Part shown: positions 62,377 to 64,000 of the stretch, in pieces
Position numbering within the stretch: position 1 is the first letter of the stretch
Layout: each line of letters opens with the position of its first letter
From: an uncultured Clostridia bacterium
Lineage (GTDB): Bacteria; Bacillota; Clostridia; Christensenellales; UBA1750
Reading direction: 5' to 3'
Length of the DNA stretch: 64,000 nt
NCBI GenBank assembly: GCA_947625765.1
Contig: CANQPP010000009.1
Coordinates: forward strand, 2,835 to 66,834
Program-made: the position numbers and the translations under genes
Notes under the pieces: generated by a model
Seen by the model: the letters and a program-made list of their open reading frames with translations, nothing else
What the model was told of the DNA's origin: nothing
The model's database searches: none

Positions 62377-63805
62377 GCGCTTTCTGCTCGTCCTGATTTG
62401 TCTTTTGTGCTGCCTTGCGTGCAGCGGCTGCTCCCTGCTGCCGTTCCTTTTAAGCGCGGAGCGCTCCTCCGTCAGCACCCCGGAGACGGTCGCGCCGCCA
62501 GAGATGCCGACCGGCGCCGATCCGGAAACGGAGCCGACGCCCGAACCCGCGCCTTCAAGCGAGGCGACGCCCGCGCCCACGACCAAGGCGGAGCTGCCCG
62601 CGTCGCTGGACGTCTTGAGCGCCTACGCGGGCTCGAACTTAAGCGCGGGCGGTCTGGCGGCCACGGACGGCGAGACCGTCTGGTTCGTGCAGGACGGCCT
62701 CTGGCGCACGCGCAACGACGCGGACAGCGCAGAAAAGCTGCTGGACGGCGATTTTTGTAACCTCTGCGTGGACAGGGGAGAGCTGTACTTCCTCTCCCTG
62801 GAATACGGCGAGGACGAGTGGGGCTACCGGGCCGTGATTTCCCAGCAGCCCTGCCGCCTGACGGAGGACGGCAAGGCTGAACCTTTAAGGGAAAAGAAGC
62901 GCGTGGGCGCGCAGGCGGTCTCCTCCTGGGAGACGGAGGACAACAGCGCCGAATACACGCCCTATTTGAGCTACACGGACTTCACCGTCCGGGATGGCTG
63001 GGCCTACTATATCGGCGACGTGCCCATAGAGGAAAAGACTTATCATGTGACGGGCCCGGGCGAGTGGGGCAGCGTCACGGTCAAATACAGCGGCGTGGGG
63101 AGCCTGATGCGCTTCTCTTTGGAGACGGGGGAAACGCAGACGCTGGTCGGGGACCTGGGCAACTACAAACCCCGCTTCACCATCTACGAGGATACGATCT
63201 ACTACACCACCAGCTACCACAACGCGCTGTTTGCCTATGACTTCACCGGCTACCACCGCTGCGCTCTGGACGGGCAGGGGCAGGAGGACATCTGCACCGA
63301 CCCGACGGAAACGCCCATGCTGGAGACCGACGCCGAGGGCAGCCACTTCCTCAATATCGTGAACGGGCTTATGGCCTGCGAGCAGGGCCTGTACGCCTCC
63401 CACAGCGACAGCGAGGGCGACTTCCGCGACTCCCGCCTGGTCAAGATCGGGGACAATGAACAGAAAGACGTATTGTACGAGATCAACTACCTGCACAGCC
63501 TGCTGACCCCCATGGGCATCCTGTTTGCCGGGGGGAACCGCGACTGGGACAGCGACCTGGTCGAGGACCTGGGGCTGTACCTGCGGCCCTGGGACGGGAG
63601 CGGGGACCAAAAGCTCCTCACCTTCCCCGAGGACTGGGTCTGGGAGCGCTGGCGGATGAACCTGGTGAACGGCAGGCTCTACATGCAGTTTGGCACGCTG
63701 TTTTTCCGCGCGGACCTGGCGGACGGCAGCGTGGAGCTGTTCCGGGACGGGATCTGGGAAAAGGGCGAGCTGCCCCCGGGCGATAGCGTCCGATCGGACG
63801 GATAA
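62369..63805 (+). CDS. DUF5050-like beta-propeller lipoprotein
   Basis: Lipobox LACSGCS, a Pro/Thr/Glu-rich linker, and repeated G..YY / LYF propeller-blade-like segments. Its ATG overlaps the nth stop by 8 nt. Confidence 0.65.
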   Translation: MPKRFLLVLICLLCCLACSGCSLLPFLLSAERSSVSTPETVAPPEMPTGADPETEPTPEPAPSSEATPAPTTKAELPASLDVLSAYAGSNLSAGGLAATDGETVWFVQDGLWRTRNDADSAEKLLDGDFCNLCVDRGELYFLSLEYGEDEWGYRAVISQQPCRLTEDGKAEPLREKKRVGAQAVSSWETEDNSAEYTPYLSYTDFTVRDGWAYYIGDVPIEEKTYHVTGPGEWGSVTVKYSGVGSLMRFSLETGETQTLVGDLGNYKPRFTIYEDTIYYTTSYHNALFAYDFTGYHRCALDGQGQEDICTDPTETPMLETDAEGSHFLNIVNGLMACEQGLYASHSDSEGDFRDSRLVKIGDNEQKDVLYEINYLHSLLTPMGILFAGGNRDWDSDLVEDLGLYLRPWDGSGDQKLLTFPEDWVWERWRMNLVNGRLYMQFGTLFFRADLADGSVELFRDGIWEKGELPPGDSVRSDG

Positions 63806-63943
63806 GAGATCAGGCCGAAGAGATTTTTAAGCCGCAGGCGCAAAAAACGCTTGCGGGCGGGCGCCGCATCCTGTATGATGGAGCCTGACGCAAAATTAGC
63901 GCTTTAGAGCAAACAAAAGGCGCGCAAGGAGACGAAAAGCTGC

Positions 63944-64000
63944 ATGCCCATGTTCGTAGACATCGTAAAGATCGACGTGAAGGCCGGCAACGGCGGCGAC
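63944..64000 (+). CDS. obg: GTPase Obg, N-terminal fragment (3' end outside window)
   Basis: MPMFVDIVKIDVKAGNGGD matches the Obg-fold N-terminus (MFVD...V.AG.GG.G). AAGGAG lies 12 nt upstream. Confidence 0.8.
   Translation, partial: MPMFVDIVKIDVKAGNGGD

Noticed and set aside
1-64000. Search for mobile elements, prophage, integrases, restriction-modification, toxin-antitoxin, CBASS/retron/Abi-type defence genes, rRNA or tRNA.
   Set aside because: No ORF shows transposase DDE, integrase, recombinase, terminase, capsid, methyltransferase-endonuclease or nucleotidyltransferase-effector signatures. The one methyltransferase (48547-49302) is a lone small-molecule-type class I enzyme. No structured RNA genes were recognised by eye.

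Overview
This is a high-GC Firmicutes/Clostridia-type chromosomal segment. The taxon is an inference from spoIIID, GerMN-domain proteins, and the comEC-holA, spoIIID-mreB/mbl, hisS-aspS and dnaE-pfkA synteny.

I can support about 62 tightly packed protein-coding genes on both strands, and almost all are housekeeping:
- Aminoacyl-tRNA synthetases: gltX, glnS, hisS, aspS.
- Replication and repair: dnaE, holA, recD2, nth, comEC.
- Histidine operon: hisZ-hisG-hisD-hisB-hisA-hisIE.
- Other core genes: metK, pfkA, folC, nrdR, trxA, spoIIID, mreB/mbl, obg (5' end) and pyrE (3' end).
- Two OmpR-type two-component systems.
- Several GNAT, NUDIX, DinB-like and lipoprotein genes.

I saw no rRNA, tRNA, CRISPR array, transposase, integrase, phage gene or recognisable defence gene. 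Most long ORFs in the supplied track lie antisense to, or 5' of, clearly identifiable genes and are GC-driven artefacts. Many true starts are internal to the listed ORFs; I checked them against ATG/GTG/TTG codons plus Shine-Dalgarno sequences.

I do not see a convincing, self-contained novel multi-gene system. The best leads are:
1. A degenerate HisF-like domain fused in frame to HisIE at the end of a his operon that lacks hisH, hisF and hisC.
2. A response regulator / kinase / GerMN-lipoprotein / GerMN-protein / TVP38 operon. It resembles actinobacterial MtrAB-LpqB and sits divergent from a DD-carboxypeptidase with an odd Arg/Tyr-rich tail.
3. A translationally coupled small HTH plus zinc-ribbon (DUF1062-like) pair behind a threefold AAATATCC motif.
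4. A repeated double-hairpin element in the metK-recD2 spacer.
5. Two low-GC pockets that look laterally acquired.

All functional calls rest on motif and family recognition by eye. No searches were run.
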